A model generated the notes under the pieces. It was not told the origin of the DNA and searched no databases. It saw only the letters and a list, made by a program, of their open reading frames with translations. 24,000 nt of DNA from Anaerovoracaceae bacterium (lineage in GTDB: Bacteria; Bacillota; Clostridia; Peptostreptococcales; Anaerovoracaceae): contig JAZTZZ010000002.1 in assembly GCA_045637765.1 (NCBI GenBank), positions 1 to 24,000 of the forward strand. The letters run 5' to 3'. The translations under genes were made by a program, and so were the position numbers. This document shows positions 1-9,081 of the stretch, in pieces. The number at the start of each line of letters is the position of its first letter. The stretch's first letter is position 1.

Positions 1-2291
1 ATGATAATTACCACCTGCGGCATAACCTTGTCATCTTCACCATCCGCACGCATTGCTTCGTTATAGGACTCCAAGTCACGGACACCGTTTTCTGCAAACT
101 TTCTGTAACGGTCGGTCATTTCTGCCACCGCCCAGTTCAGAGCAGCAGCAGCCTTGGACGGATCTGTTACAACCGGAATCAGCAGATGCGGAATTCCGTT
201 ATAGTTACCCAGTTCAACCACCTTAGGGTCAACCAGAATCAGTTTCACTTCATCCGGATTTGCCTTATAAAGCAAGCTCAGGATAATACTATTGATGCAG
301 ACGGACTTACCAGAACCGGTAGAACCTGCAATCAGCAGATGCGGCATACTCTTCAGGTCTGCTACAATATTATTTCCGCTGATGTCCTTACCGACTGCAA
401 AGGTAATTTTAGACTTGGCGTTCTTAAAATCTTTGGATTCAATGATATCACGAAGTTTTACCATGGTGATGGCATCATTTTCCACTTCAATGCCCACGGC
501 CGCCTTCCCCGGAATCGGAGCTTCGATTCGGATACTTCTTGCTTCCAGGTTCAAAGCAATATCATCAGACAGACGCACAATACTGCTGACTTTTACACCT
601 ACAGCAGGCTGTACTTCATATCTTGTAACGGTCGGCCCCTGGGTTACCTGAACCACACGGGCGTCAACATGGAAGTTCTTCAAAGTCTCTTCCAGCTTCA
701 TTGCCTTGGCCTGCAGTGCGCTGCTGCTGGTTCTTGCAGCTGCCGCAGATCGGGTCAGCAGGTCGATTGGGGGCATTTCATAAACCTTTACAGGTTTCGC
801 AGCTGCTTCCAGTTCTTCTTCAGTCAGCATGGCTTCCCTTGCTTCCTTGTTTGACATAACTTTCTGCACTTCCGCAGCAGGAGTTCCCGCTGGTGCCTTC
901 GGTGCATTTGGATCCACCTTTTCGCCTGCACGGTTCACGAAAGAGTTGCTGCCGCTGACAGGGTTTACAGGTTTCACCGCTTCCGGCATTTCCATCTGAA
1001 TACCACGTTCCAATACAGAGTTTTCAGAAGATGCAGCATCTGCAGCCTTCTGGATTTTATCAGAGTTGGCAGGGATACCAAATCCAAGCGTTCTTGCATC
1101 GCCGCCCAGTCCAACTGTACCTGAACCGGTTACAGGACGTCCATCCAGACCAAATCCCTCACCGTAGTCCACCTTATCTTCCAGCCCCACAGATCCGCCG
1201 CCTGAAGTCTTTCTTCCAAAAAGACTGTCATCATTCATATACTTGAGAATGCTGTTTTTCTTCTCAGGAGAAAGAGGCTCTACCTGACTTGGAGGTGTAT
1301 AAGTACGCTTCGGAGTTTCTTCTTCCATTGTTACAGGGTCTGCTTCAGCAACAATATTCATACCGTTGACGATAAGCGCCGGAGGTTCGGAAGCAGCAGG
1401 AACAGAGATATTTTGCTCAGGAGCAGCCGGCAGCGAAGGCTGAATATTGCCTTTCTTCCGTTCTTCCAGCACACTGCTGTTAATTACAGTAACCTTCTTT
1501 TCCGGAACCGGTTTCTTCAAAGGTTTGTTTCTTATCTCATTCATGGCCAGCTGAACACCCTGCTCGTCTTCATTCATGTAATCCAGATGAGCATGTTCCT
1601 TCATCAGCTTGCGTTCTTCCATCTTTTCGAAGATTTTACTGATAAAGCGGGATACCGGCGTGTTAATCAGCAGGAGGCCGGAAATCAGAATCATTACAAT
1701 GGCGAAAATCCAGCATCCGGCTTTGCCAAACCACTTAATCAACATGGATGCACAGATCATGCCGATAAAACCGCCGCTCTGCAGCTCCACACCGGAAGCA
1801 TAATATGATTTCATCAGTTCCCATGAGAATTCAGGACTTACTGCAGGTACAAAACGCACAGAATTGATAATGGTCAGCATAATCAGCAGCACGAACACAA
1901 GAGCCGCTGATTTAAAGGAAATATGTACAGTCTTCTTTGCAAACAGAAGCACACCATAAAGGATGATGTAAAACGGGAAGGCATAGGCCACATGTCCCAG
2001 AATCCCTTTCAGAACGGTACCAATGATGGCACCGAACTCGCCCGCTCCGTTTGTCAGAGTTGCTATGATCAGGAATACACCGATGGCAATGGCGATAATC
2101 GCCCAGATTTCGTCCATAACACGGCGGTCAGCCTTCTTCTTGGCCTGAATCTGTTCAACCTTTGCTTTGGCCTTAGATTTATTTCCGGATCCGCTGCCGG
2201 AGCCGGACTTGCTGTTTTTCTTGCTTTCAGTACTGCTGTTTTTATTCTTAGAACCAGGGGGTCTGCCCGGTTTCTTCTTGGCTTCTGCCAT
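1..2291 (-). CDS. ftsK: DNA translocase FtsK/SpoIIIE, N-terminal 763 codons (3' end lies beyond the left edge of the window)
   Basis: Absent from the ORF track because it has no in-window stop. The frame from ATG (complement of 2289-2291), preceded by a GGGAGG RBS, stays open to position 1. No other minus-strand ORF is listed in 1..2068. My translation gives [20 protein letters not shown]..., several hydrophobic membrane segments ([51 protein letters not shown]), a long Pro/Ala/Ser/Gly linker, then the motor-domain start with Walker [20 protein letters not shown] (codons ~300-347) and [11 protein letters not shown]. Confidence 0.9.
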   Translation of the reverse strand, partial: MAEAKKKPGRPPGSKNKNSSTESKKNSKSGSGSGSGNKSKAKAKVEQIQAKKKADRRVMDEIWAIIAIAIGVFLIIATLTNGAGEFGAIIGTVLKGILGHVAYAFPFYIILYGVLLFAKKTVHISFKSAALVFVLLIMLTIINSVRFVPAVSPEFSWELMKSYYASGVELQSGGFIGMICASMLIKWFGKAGCWIFAIVMILISGLLLINTPVSRFISKIFEKMEERKLMKEHAHLDYMNEDEQGVQLAMNEIRNKPLKKPVPEKKVTVINSSVLEERKKGNIQPSLPAAPEQNISVPAASEPPALIVNGMNIVAEADPVTMEEETPKRTYTPPSQVEPLSPEKKNSILKYMNDDSLFGRKTSGGGSVGLEDKVDYGEGFGLDGRPVTGSGTVGLGGDARTLGFGIPANSDKIQKAADAASSENSVLERGIQMEMPEAVKPVNPVSGSNSFVNRAGEKVDPNAPKAPAGTPAAEVQKVMSNKEAREAMLTEEELEAAAKPVKVYEMPPIDLLTRSAAAARTSSSALQAKAMKLEETLKNFHVDARVVQVTQGPTVTRYEVQPAVGVKVSSIVRLSDDIALNLEARSIRIEAPIPGKAAVGIEVENDAITMVKLRDIIESKDFKNAKSKITFAVGKDISGNNIVADLKSMPHLLIAGSTGSGKSVCINSIILSLLYKANPDEVKLILVDPKVVELGNYNGIPHLLIPVVTDPSKAAAALNWAVAEMTDRYRKFAENGVRDLESYNEAMRADGEDDKVMPQVVII

Positions 2292-2314
2292 GTCAAAACC
2301 TCCCTATCTGTCTT

Positions 2315-3151
2315 CTACGCACCGAAAATGCCGTACAGAATTACTGCCGCTCCGACAATCCAGACATAGTATGAGAAATAACTTAATTTTTTATCTGAAA
2401 CAATTTTTATCATGGTTTTAATGGCAATCAGACCGGAAACAGCCGCTACCATCATTCCAACCAGTACAGGACCCAGCAGGCTCATATCAAAACCTGCTTC
2501 CAGAGCATCCGGAATTTCCAGCACTGCAGATCCCAGAATGGATGGAATGGAAATTAAAAACACGAATTTTACTGCGAATGATCTTTCTAAATTGCATATC
2601 AGGCTTCCGAACAGAGTGGAACCGGAACGGGAAATTCCCGGACAGATAGCGATACCCTGCACCAGACCGATGAAAAATGCATTGCGGAAGTTCATTTTTT
2701 CCAGTCCCCTTCTGGAATTGCCCATGCGTTCCGCTGCCATGAGCAGAAAACCTGTGATAATCAGGCCTACGCCGATTGGAATCACAGAATTATACAGTGA
2801 ATCGAAGAAATCACCGCCCACAATTCCGATTATACCTGTAGGAATGGTGGCAATGATAATCAGCACTCCAAGTTTACGTACCGGACGTTCATCCAGACGG
2901 AGCCCCTTTCCCGTGCACAGATCTTTAATGGTAATGCACAGCTCCACTACCAGTTCCCAAATATCTTTCCAGTATACGATAAATACGGAAATCAGCGTTC
3001 CCACATGGAGAAGAACCGCAAAAAGCAGTACATTATCTTCTCTGATTCCGAAGAACTGCTGCAGCAGAGCCAGGTGACCGGAGCTGCTGATTGGCAGGAA
3101 TTCCGCCAGGCCCTGTACCAGACCTAAAACAATTGCCTCTAAGTATGTCAT
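2315..3151 (-). CDS. uppP: undecaprenyl-diphosphate phosphatase (UppP/BacA)
   Basis: The track ORF is 2315..3232. I prefer the internal ATG at 3151 (MTYLEAIVLGLVQGLAEFLPISSSGHL...) because an AAGGGAGAG RBS sits about 5 nt upstream, and the 27-aa extension runs through the asd terminator hairpin. The EFLPISSSGH motif and the polytopic hydrophobic profile are typical of UppP. Confidence 0.9.
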   Translation of the reverse strand: MTYLEAIVLGLVQGLAEFLPISSSGHLALLQQFFGIREDNVLLFAVLLHVGTLISVFIVYWKDIWELVVELCITIKDLCTGKGLRLDERPVRKLGVLIIIATIPTGIIGIVGGDFFDSLYNSVIPIGVGLIITGFLLMAAERMGNSRRGLEKMNFRNAFFIGLVQGIAICPGISRSGSTLFGSLICNLERSFAVKFVFLISIPSILGSAVLEIPDALEAGFDMSLLGPVLVGMMVAAVSGLIAIKTMIKIVSDKKLSYFSYYVWIVGAAVILYGIFGA

Positions 3152-3182
3152 AATCTCTCCCTTTCTTTTTTCAGTGTTATTT

Positions 3183-3226
3183 AAAAAAATGCATGGAAAC
3201 GAAGCCGACTGCTGCGGCTCCGTTTC
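3183..3226 (-). terminator. putative rho-independent terminator after asd
   Basis: Minus-strand RNA reads GAAACGGAGCCG-cagcagt-CGGCTTCGTTTC (12-bp stem with one G-U pair), followed by CATGCATTTTTTT. The 6-nt spacer before the U-run is atypical, so confidence is moderate. Confidence 0.5.
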
Positions 3227-3250
3227 TGCCATATTATGTCATATTGAAAA

Positions 3251-4336
3251 TTACTTTTTAGTAATATACCCCATTGCCTTCAGGGTTTCTGCGCAGAGAA
3301 CTGCACCGCCTGCAGCACCTCTTACAGTATTATGGGACAGGCCCACAAACTTATAGTCGTAAACAGAATCTTCTCTCAGACGGCCGATATTGATACCCAT
3401 GCCCTTATCTCTGTCTACGTCTGCCTTAACCTGAGGACGGTTGTCTTCTTCGAAGTACTTGATGAACTGTTCCGGTGCCATAGGAAGCTTTTCTTCCTGT
3501 GGGAATCCCTTATAATTCACCAGCTTTTCGATCAGCTGTTCCTTCGTTGGCTTCTTTCTGAACTTAACAAATGCAGCCGCAGTATGTCCGTTCAGTACAG
3601 GTACACGGAGGCACTGGCAGGTAATCTTCGGTTCCTCTGCCTTTACAATCACATCACCTTCGATGTGACCCCAGATTCTCAGCGGTTCCTGTTCACTCTT
3701 TTCTTCTTCACCGCCGATATATGGGATAATATTCTCAACCATTTCAGGCCAGGACTTAAAGTCTTTACCTGCCCCGGAAATCGCCTGATAAGTTGTAATT
3801 ACACATTCGTATGGTTCGAATTCCTTCCAGGCATTCAGAGCAGGAACATAACTCTGAATGGAACAGTTTGGCTTTACTGCAATGAACCCGCGGGTTGTAC
3901 CCAGTCTCTTCTTCTGGCTTTCAATCACGGCAAAATGTTCCGGATTGATTTCAGGAATTACCATAGGCACATCAGGAGTCCAGCGGTGTGCGCTGTTATT
4001 GGAAACCACCGGAGTTTCAGTTTTCGCATATGCTTCTTCGATGGCCTGGATTTCTTCTTTCGTCATATCTACGGCACTGAAAACAAAGTCAACAGTAGCA
4101 GCAACCTTTTCTACTTCATTGACATTCATGACTTTTATATTCTTAACTGCTTCAGGAACTGGTGTATCCATCTTCCATCTTCCTTCTACAGCTTCTGCAT
4201 AGGTTAAACCTTCACTTCTGCCGCTTGCTGCGATCGTAACCACTTCAAACCATGGATGATTATCCAACAGGGAGATGAATCTCTGACCGACCATTCCAGT
4301 GCCGCCCAGAATACCTACTTTTAATTTTTCTGACAT
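3251..4336 (-). CDS. asd: aspartate-semialdehyde dehydrogenase
   Basis: 361 aa. It has the N-terminal Rossmann motif KVGILGGTGMVGQRF and the active-site Cys context VKPNCSIQSY, and ends ...SHNTVRGAAGGAVLCAE. It is divergently paired with dapA, in the same lysine/DAP pathway. Confidence 0.9.
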   Translation of the reverse strand: MSEKLKVGILGGTGMVGQRFISLLDNHPWFEVVTIAASGRSEGLTYAEAVEGRWKMDTPVPEAVKNIKVMNVNEVEKVAATVDFVFSAVDMTKEEIQAIEEAYAKTETPVVSNNSAHRWTPDVPMVIPEINPEHFAVIESQKKRLGTTRGFIAVKPNCSIQSYVPALNAWKEFEPYECVITTYQAISGAGKDFKSWPEMVENIIPYIGGEEEKSEQEPLRIWGHIEGDVIVKAEEPKITCQCLRVPVLNGHTAAAFVKFRKKPTKEQLIEKLVNYKGFPQEEKLPMAPEQFIKYFEEDNRPQVKADVDRDKGMGINIGRLREDSVYDYKFVGLSHNTVRGAAGGAVLCAETLKAMGYITKK

Positions 4337-4375
4337 TTCAATCAGCTCCTCTCTAAGATATTTTATGTGTATTTA

Positions 4376-4387
4376 ACAATTAATTGT
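4376..4387. promoter_or_regulatory. perfect 12-bp palindrome ACAATTAATTGT overlapping the asd -10 box (possible operator)
   Basis: Read directly from the sequence. It is AT-rich, so chance occurrence is not negligible. Confidence 0.3.
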
Positions 4388-4411
4388 ATCACTTTTCCAC
4401 GTATTTTTCAA
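4383..4411 (-). promoter_or_regulatory. putative SigA-type promoter of asd
   Basis: The minus strand reads TTGAAA (complement of 4406-4411), a 17-nt spacer, then TACAAT (complement of 4383-4388), with TG 2 nt upstream of the -10 (gTGaTACAAT). An AGAGAGGAG RBS precedes the ATG at 4336. Confidence 0.45.
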
Positions 4412-4436
4412 CAAATTCCAGTGTTCAGAATATAAT
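4407..4436 (+). promoter_or_regulatory. putative SigA-type promoter of dapA
   Basis: TTCAAC (4407-4412), an 18-nt spacer, then consensus TATAAT (4431-4436). An AAAGGTGG RBS at 4446-4453 precedes the ATG at 4460. The -35 box overlaps the asd -35 on the opposite strand. Confidence 0.4.
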
Positions 4437-4459
4437 ATTTTAAGAAAGGTGGTGTCACT

Positions 4460-5344
4460 ATGACGTTGTTTAAAGGAACAGCCACAGCACTGATCACGCC
4501 GTTCCGCAATGAAAAAATAGATTATCCTGCCATGGGAAAATTAGTGGAATGGCAGCTGAAAAATGATGCAGATGCCCTTGTTGTCTGCGGTACTACCGGA
4601 GAAGCATCAACACTTTCAGGAAAAGAAAGAGTCCAGCTTACACATTTTGTGGTAGATCTGGTCAAGGGGCGTGTGCCGGTTATCGCAGGAACAGGAAGCA
4701 ACAATACAAAATTCACAACGGAACTTTCCAAAGAAATGGAAGAAATCGGAGCGGATGGACTGCTCGTTGTAACGCCCTATTACAACAAATGCACAGAATC
4801 CGGAATGATATCACACTATGAAAAAATTGCTGATAATGTTGATATTCCAATGATTCTCTACTCTGTGAAAAGCCGGACCGGTGTAAATATTTCACCAGAG
4901 GTTATCCGGATATTAAGCAGACATCCCCGGATTGCAGGAATTAAAGAAGCCAGCGGAGATATTGGCCAGATCTGTGAGATGGCCGCATACATCAACGATG
5001 ATTTCAGTATTTACAGCGGAAATGACGATATGACAATTCCGATTATGTCTTTGGGCGGCCTGGGCTGTATTTCCACCGTTTCCAATATCATTCCAAAGCA
5101 GTATTCACAAATGACACATGATTATCTGGCAGGCAACATCAAAGAAGCCTGCCGTCAGCAGATTGCTTTAAAGCCGCTGATTGACGCGGTTTTCACCGAA
5201 ATAAATCCGATACCGGTAAAAGCAGCACTGAATATGATGGGTATGTGTGAACTGGAATACCGTCTGCCGCTCTGTCCTCCGACCAATAAAACGCAGTACC
5301 TGCTGTACAATGTTCTGAGAGAATGCGGGCTGGTACAGAAATAA
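4460..5344 (+). CDS. dapA: 4-hydroxy-tetrahydrodipicolinate synthase
   Basis: 294 aa. Motifs TALITPF, VVCGTTGEASTLS and TPYYNK, plus the catalytic Lys context (IAGIKEASGD), are typical of DapA. Confidence 0.93.
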   Translation: MTLFKGTATALITPFRNEKIDYPAMGKLVEWQLKNDADALVVCGTTGEASTLSGKERVQLTHFVVDLVKGRVPVIAGTGSNNTKFTTELSKEMEEIGADGLLVVTPYYNKCTESGMISHYEKIADNVDIPMILYSVKSRTGVNISPEVIRILSRHPRIAGIKEASGDIGQICEMAAYINDDFSIYSGNDDMTIPIMSLGGLGCISTVSNIIPKQYSQMTHDYLAGNIKEACRQQIALKPLIDAVFTEINPIPVKAALNMMGMCELEYRLPLCPPTNKTQYLLYNVLRECGLVQK

Positions 5345-5354
5345 AACCGGTATT

Positions 5355-5390
5355 AAAAAAACACTGAGACATGTATGTCTCAGTGTTTTT
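5355..5390. terminator. bidirectional rho-independent terminator (ends dapA on + and the nucleoside operon on -)
   Basis: AAAAAAA-CACTGAGACAT-gt-ATGTCTCAGTG-TTTTT. The stem is perfect at 10-11 bp and is flanked by an A7 tract and a T5 tract, so it gives a U-run in both orientations. It lies between convergent genes. Confidence 0.8.
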
Positions 5391-5433
5391 AGTTCATTGC
5401 ATAGTAAACCTTTCGGTCTAATTCATATGAAAA

Positions 5434-6351
5434 CTAGTCCTTGATATCCCCTGCAGCCTGTGGACCCTGAACTCGTCTTCCGAATCCAATCAGAACTACC
5501 AGAGTCAGCAGATATGGAACCATCTGCAGAATTCTCTGCGGCAGTGCCATCTCCACGTTGATTCTCAGTGCCTGTGCAAAAGCAAACAGCAGGCTGGCCA
5601 GCAGAGATCCTGCCGGATTCCATCCGCCGAAAATTGTAGCCGCCATCGCCATAAATCCACGTCCGGCAACCATATCCTTAACGAACAGGTTACTCTGTAC
5701 GATGGACAGATAAGCACCTGCCAGACCGCACAGCATACCGCACAGAATTACACAGACATAACGATACTTGGTTACATTTACACCAGCTGTCGCAGCAGCC
5801 TTTGGATGGTCACCGATGGTACGCAGACGCAGACCAATATTGGACTTATACATCACATACCAGGACGCTGCAACAATAATCGCAGTAATATAAAGGAATG
5901 GTGACTGGTTATCAAACAGCTGACCGATTACAGGAATCTGGTTCAGTCCTGGAACAGTCATATTAGGAACCTGTTCAACAGTTCCGCTGCTGCCGTCAGA
6001 ATCCCAGATTGCACGGCAAAGTACAATGGTCAGACCGGAAGCGAAGATGTTAATACCAACCCCGCTTACAGACTGGTTCGTACGGAACTTAATGCATAAG
6101 GTAGCATGCAGAAGTCCAAACAGACCGCCTACAATTACGCCAAAGAGAACACCCATCCATGCACTGCCTGTAAAGTGAGCACCAACTACTGCACCGAATG
6201 CACCTATCAGCATCATACCTTCGATACCCAGATTGATGATACCGCTTCGTTCACACAAAACACCACCGATAGAAGCAAGTACCAGTGGAACTGCCATACG
6301 AATGGTAGCCATAAGCATATTCATAGAGAAGATACTTTCTAAAATTTCCAT
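5434..6351 (-). CDS. ABC transporter permease, BMP/nucleoside-type (NupQ/RnsD-like)
   Basis: 305 aa and polytopic. It is the last gene of the BMP-family importer and starts 1 nt after the upstream permease stop (GGAGGC RBS inside the upstream gene). Confidence 0.85.
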   Translation of the reverse strand: MEILESIFSMNMLMATIRMAVPLVLASIGGVLCERSGIINLGIEGMMLIGAFGAVVGAHFTGSAWMGVLFGVIVGGLFGLLHATLCIKFRTNQSVSGVGINIFASGLTIVLCRAIWDSDGSSGTVEQVPNMTVPGLNQIPVIGQLFDNQSPFLYITAIIVAASWYVMYKSNIGLRLRTIGDHPKAAATAGVNVTKYRYVCVILCGMLCGLAGAYLSIVQSNLFVKDMVAGRGFMAMAATIFGGWNPAGSLLASLLFAFAQALRINVEMALPQRILQMVPYLLTLVVLIGFGRRVQGPQAAGDIKD

Positions 6352-6352
6352 A

Positions 6353-7405
6353 TTACTTGCCTCCTTTCTTTACTTTAAACATCTTAACAAGAGCAGGTGT
6401 TGCTACGAACAGAATTACCAGACCCTGCATTACACTGATCATGCTGGTAGAAACGCCGGCCTCATAACTCATCTTCATGGAACCGGATTCAATCACACCG
6501 AACAGCAGTGCACTGAGCAGTACTGCAAACGGATTGTTACGTCCCAGAACAGCTACTGCAATACCGGTAAAACCATATCCAGGTGAGAACAGGTCGATGA
6601 AACGTCCGCCCATCTTACCGAATACTTCAGTTGCTCCTGCCAGACCAGCTAATGCACCACTGATGCCCATAGTCAGAACTACAGTACTGGACATTGCAAT
6701 ACCAGCTGCCTGTGCTGCCTTTGGATTTTCACCTACTGCACGGATGTTGTAACCCATACGTGTCTTCTCAAAGAAGAAATAAATAATTACAACCAGAACA
6801 ATTGCGATAATAAACGCAGTTGTCAGCTGTGTCTTCGGAATAATCTGTGTCAGAAGATATTCATCAGCCAGTGCAACAGTTTTTGCAGTCTGGCTGCCTT
6901 CTTCCTTCAGCGGACCATTTACAAAGTGGCTGGTCAGGAACTTACAGATATAGTTCAGCATGATAGCCACGATAACTTCGTTAATCTGCAGTTTTGCTTT
7001 CAGGAACCCGTTAAACGCACCTACCAGACCGCCTGCGAGTGCACCAATCAGAAGGCTTCCCCCGATAACAACCAGACGAGGGCTGCCCTGAAGTGCCAGA
7101 CCGGCTACTGCAGCGAAGAATGCACCCATGTACAGCTGACCTTCGCCCCCGATGTTAAAGATGCCGCCCTTATTGGCAAAAGCACAGGCCAGACCAACCA
7201 GGATCAGCGGTGTGGATTTTGCCAGGGTGTTAGCGATGGAGTTTGCAGAACCAAAGGCACCATCCAGCATTGCGGAATATGCAGCAATCGGATTATAACC
7301 TGCCATCACCATAATTAAAGCAGCCAGCACAAGAGAAAGTATGATAGCCGCAACAGAAACCCCTAAATCACCCAGGTTCTGTTTCAGATTCAGTTTATTT
7401 TTCAT
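6353..7405 (-). CDS. ABC transporter permease, BMP/nucleoside-type (NupP/RnsC-like)
   Basis: 350 aa and polytopic. It starts 2 nt after the ATPase stop, with a GGGAGAG RBS. Confidence 0.85.
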   Translation of the reverse strand: MKNKLNLKQNLGDLGVSVAAIILSLVLAALIMVMAGYNPIAAYSAMLDGAFGSANSIANTLAKSTPLILVGLACAFANKGGIFNIGGEGQLYMGAFFAAVAGLALQGSPRLVVIGGSLLIGALAGGLVGAFNGFLKAKLQINEVIVAIMLNYICKFLTSHFVNGPLKEEGSQTAKTVALADEYLLTQIIPKTQLTTAFIIAIVLVVIIYFFFEKTRMGYNIRAVGENPKAAQAAGIAMSSTVVLTMGISGALAGLAGATEVFGKMGGRFIDLFSPGYGFTGIAVAVLGRNNPFAVLLSALLFGVIESGSMKMSYEAGVSTSMISVMQGLVILFVATPALVKMFKVKKGGK

Positions 7406-7407
7406 GT

Positions 7408-8904
7408 TTACTCACTCTCCCTCTGTCCAGCCATCAGCAAGCCAATTGCTTCAGTGGAAAAATCTTCATTCTTCTTCAATGCCAGTACTTCACCCTTATA
7501 CAGAACTGCAATACGGTCACTGAGCTGACGGATGTCTGTTAATTCTGCAGAAATCAGCAGAACTGCCTTACCCTGGCTGCGCAGATCCATCAGAATTCTA
7601 TGAATATACTGAATTGCACCGATGTCCAGACCACGAACCGGCTGACATGCAATTACCAGGTCCGCATCCTTGTCTACTTCACGGCTGAGTACCATCTTCT
7701 GCTGGTTACCACCGGAAAGAGATCCGATATTCTGCTTGGAGCTGATTGCACGCACGTCAAAGTGTCCCATCAGGTAATCAGTCTGCTCATTCAGTTTCTT
7801 ATGATTGATAATGCCCTTCTTAACATACTTGTCAGAGAACTGGGTTCCCAGCAGGTAATTGTCAGTAATGGAGAAGCCAGGAAGAATCGCTCTTTCGTGA
7901 CGGTCAGAAGGAATATATCCAATTCCCTTCGCACAGCGCTTCTTAGTGCTCCAATGAGTGATATCATCGCCCAGGAACAGAATCTTGCCTTCACGGCACT
8001 TCATCAGACCCATAATCATTTCTTCCAGCTGCTGCTGGCCATTGCCTTCTACACCAGCAATACCGACGATTTCGCCTGCATGAATGTCAAAGGATACAGT
8101 GTCCTGAGCATTCGGCAGCAGGCGGACATTCTGAAGGGATAATACTACATCGCCCTTTGGAACTTCCGGACGTTCCATTTCGAAAGATACTTCACGGCCA
8201 ACCATCAGGTTTGCAAAATCGGATGTTTCTCTTCCTTCAACATCAATTGTGCAGACAGACTGTCCGGTACGGAGTACAGTAACACGGTCTGCAACCGCCT
8301 TAGTTTCATTCAGCTTATGAGTAATAAATACGATGGTCTTGCCCTCATTTTTCATATCCCTCAGGATATCCAGAAGCTGGAGAACTTCCGGAGGAGACAG
8401 AACCGCTGTCGGTTCGTCCAGAATAATGATATTGGCACCACGGTACAGGGTTTTTAAGATTTCCACTCTCTGTTTCATACCCACAGACAGTTCGGATACC
8501 TTTTGCGTTACATCCAGGTCAAAGTTGTACTGATCGGCCAGTTTCTGCACTGCTTCAATACTTTCTTTTTTTGGGATGCTGAATTTACCAAGTTCATTTC
8601 CAACTACTACATTTTCCCACACAGTCAAAGCATCTACCAGCATAAAATGCTGATGTACCATGCCCAGGCCCATGTGGAATGCATTACGGGAGGAATGATT
8701 GGTTACTTCCTGACCGTTGATTCGAATGGTACCGGCTTCCGGTTTGTACAGGCCGAACAGCACATTCATCAGAGTGGTTTTGCCCGCACCGTTTTCGCCC
8801 AGCAGGCAGTGAATTTCACCTTTTTTCACCTGCAGGTTAATATCTTTATTGGCATAGAAATCACCGAATTTTTTCGTGATTCCCAGCATTTCTACTGCAT
8901 ACAT
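7408..8904 (-). CDS. ABC transporter ATP-binding protein with two fused ATPase domains (NupO/RnsB-like)
   Basis: Walker A GENGAGKTT, signature LSVGMKQR and Walker B IIILDEPT are present, plus a second degenerate domain (LSGGNQQK, LLISAEL). The track start at 8913 is a GTG that lies inside the AAGAGGTG RBS. I call the ATG at 8904 (MYAVEMLGITKKF). Confidence 0.9.
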   Translation of the reverse strand: MYAVEMLGITKKFGDFYANKDINLQVKKGEIHCLLGENGAGKTTLMNVLFGLYKPEAGTIRINGQEVTNHSSRNAFHMGLGMVHQHFMLVDALTVWENVVVGNELGKFSIPKKESIEAVQKLADQYNFDLDVTQKVSELSVGMKQRVEILKTLYRGANIIILDEPTAVLSPPEVLQLLDILRDMKNEGKTIVFITHKLNETKAVADRVTVLRTGQSVCTIDVEGRETSDFANLMVGREVSFEMERPEVPKGDVVLSLQNVRLLPNAQDTVSFDIHAGEIVGIAGVEGNGQQQLEEMIMGLMKCREGKILFLGDDITHWSTKKRCAKGIGYIPSDRHERAILPGFSITDNYLLGTQFSDKYVKKGIINHKKLNEQTDYLMGHFDVRAISSKQNIGSLSGGNQQKMVLSREVDKDADLVIACQPVRGLDIGAIQYIHRILMDLRSQGKAVLLISAELTDIRQLSDRIAVLYKGEVLALKKNEDFSTEAIGLLMAGQRESE

Positions 8905-8913
8905 TTGTAACAC

Positions 8914-9081
8914 CTCTTATGCATTGATCTAGTCCGTATCTCATAAAAGACTTCAATACGGCTTCTTAATCATAATTCAAATAATGACTAAGAAGCAGCA
9001 TCGAAGGGACGCTGCCTCTGTAGTAAAGCGGCGTTACAGCCCCTGCCGGAACAGGAACTGTAACCCACTGTAGATTATGAA
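8914..9081 (-). other. structured 168-nt intercistronic spacer between the SBP and ATPase genes
   Basis: Minus-strand RNA hairpins are visible. One is GTTACAG..CCTG-ttccgg-CAGG..CTGTAAC (complement of 9033-9064). Another is GCTTCTTAGTCAT-tatttgaatt-ATGATTAAGAAGC (complement of 8961-8996; 13 bp, one G-U pair). A weaker CCGTAT...ATACGG follows. No U-run follows any of them. Confidence 0.4.

Noticed and set aside
186-2369. Plus-strand ORFs in the track (186..854, 292..651, 1031..1246, 1413..1808, 1609..1803, 1923..2369), and the minus-strand TTG-initiated ORF 2069..2296
   Set aside because: All lie antisense to, or out of frame within, the uninterrupted minus-strand ftsK frame, which has clear FtsK motifs. 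Their translations are low-complexity with no recognisable motifs. They are shadow ORFs.
3152-3232. 27-codon N-terminal extension of the uppP ORF (MAETEPQQSASFPCIFLNNTEKRKGEI)
   Set aside because: The extension is encoded by the asd terminator hairpin and contains the RBS for the internal ATG at 3151. UppP homologues start at about MxxxxAIILG.
2412-4207. Plus-strand ORFs 2412..3077, 3174..3356, 3332..4207 and 3858..4202
   Set aside because: They lie antisense to uppP and asd, which have strong family motifs. They show no RBS and no motif support.
4337-4459. Possible lysine (L-box) riboswitch or T-box upstream of dapA or asd
   Set aside because: The whole intergenic region is 123 bp and is shared by two promoters. 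The leaders are only about 20-45 nt, which is too short for either element.
8905-8913. GTG starts proposed by the track for the ABC ATPase (8913) and the nucleoside hydrolase (11124)
   Set aside because: In both cases the GTG is part of the AGAGGTG Shine-Dalgarno sequence. An ATG follows 9 nt downstream at ideal spacing.
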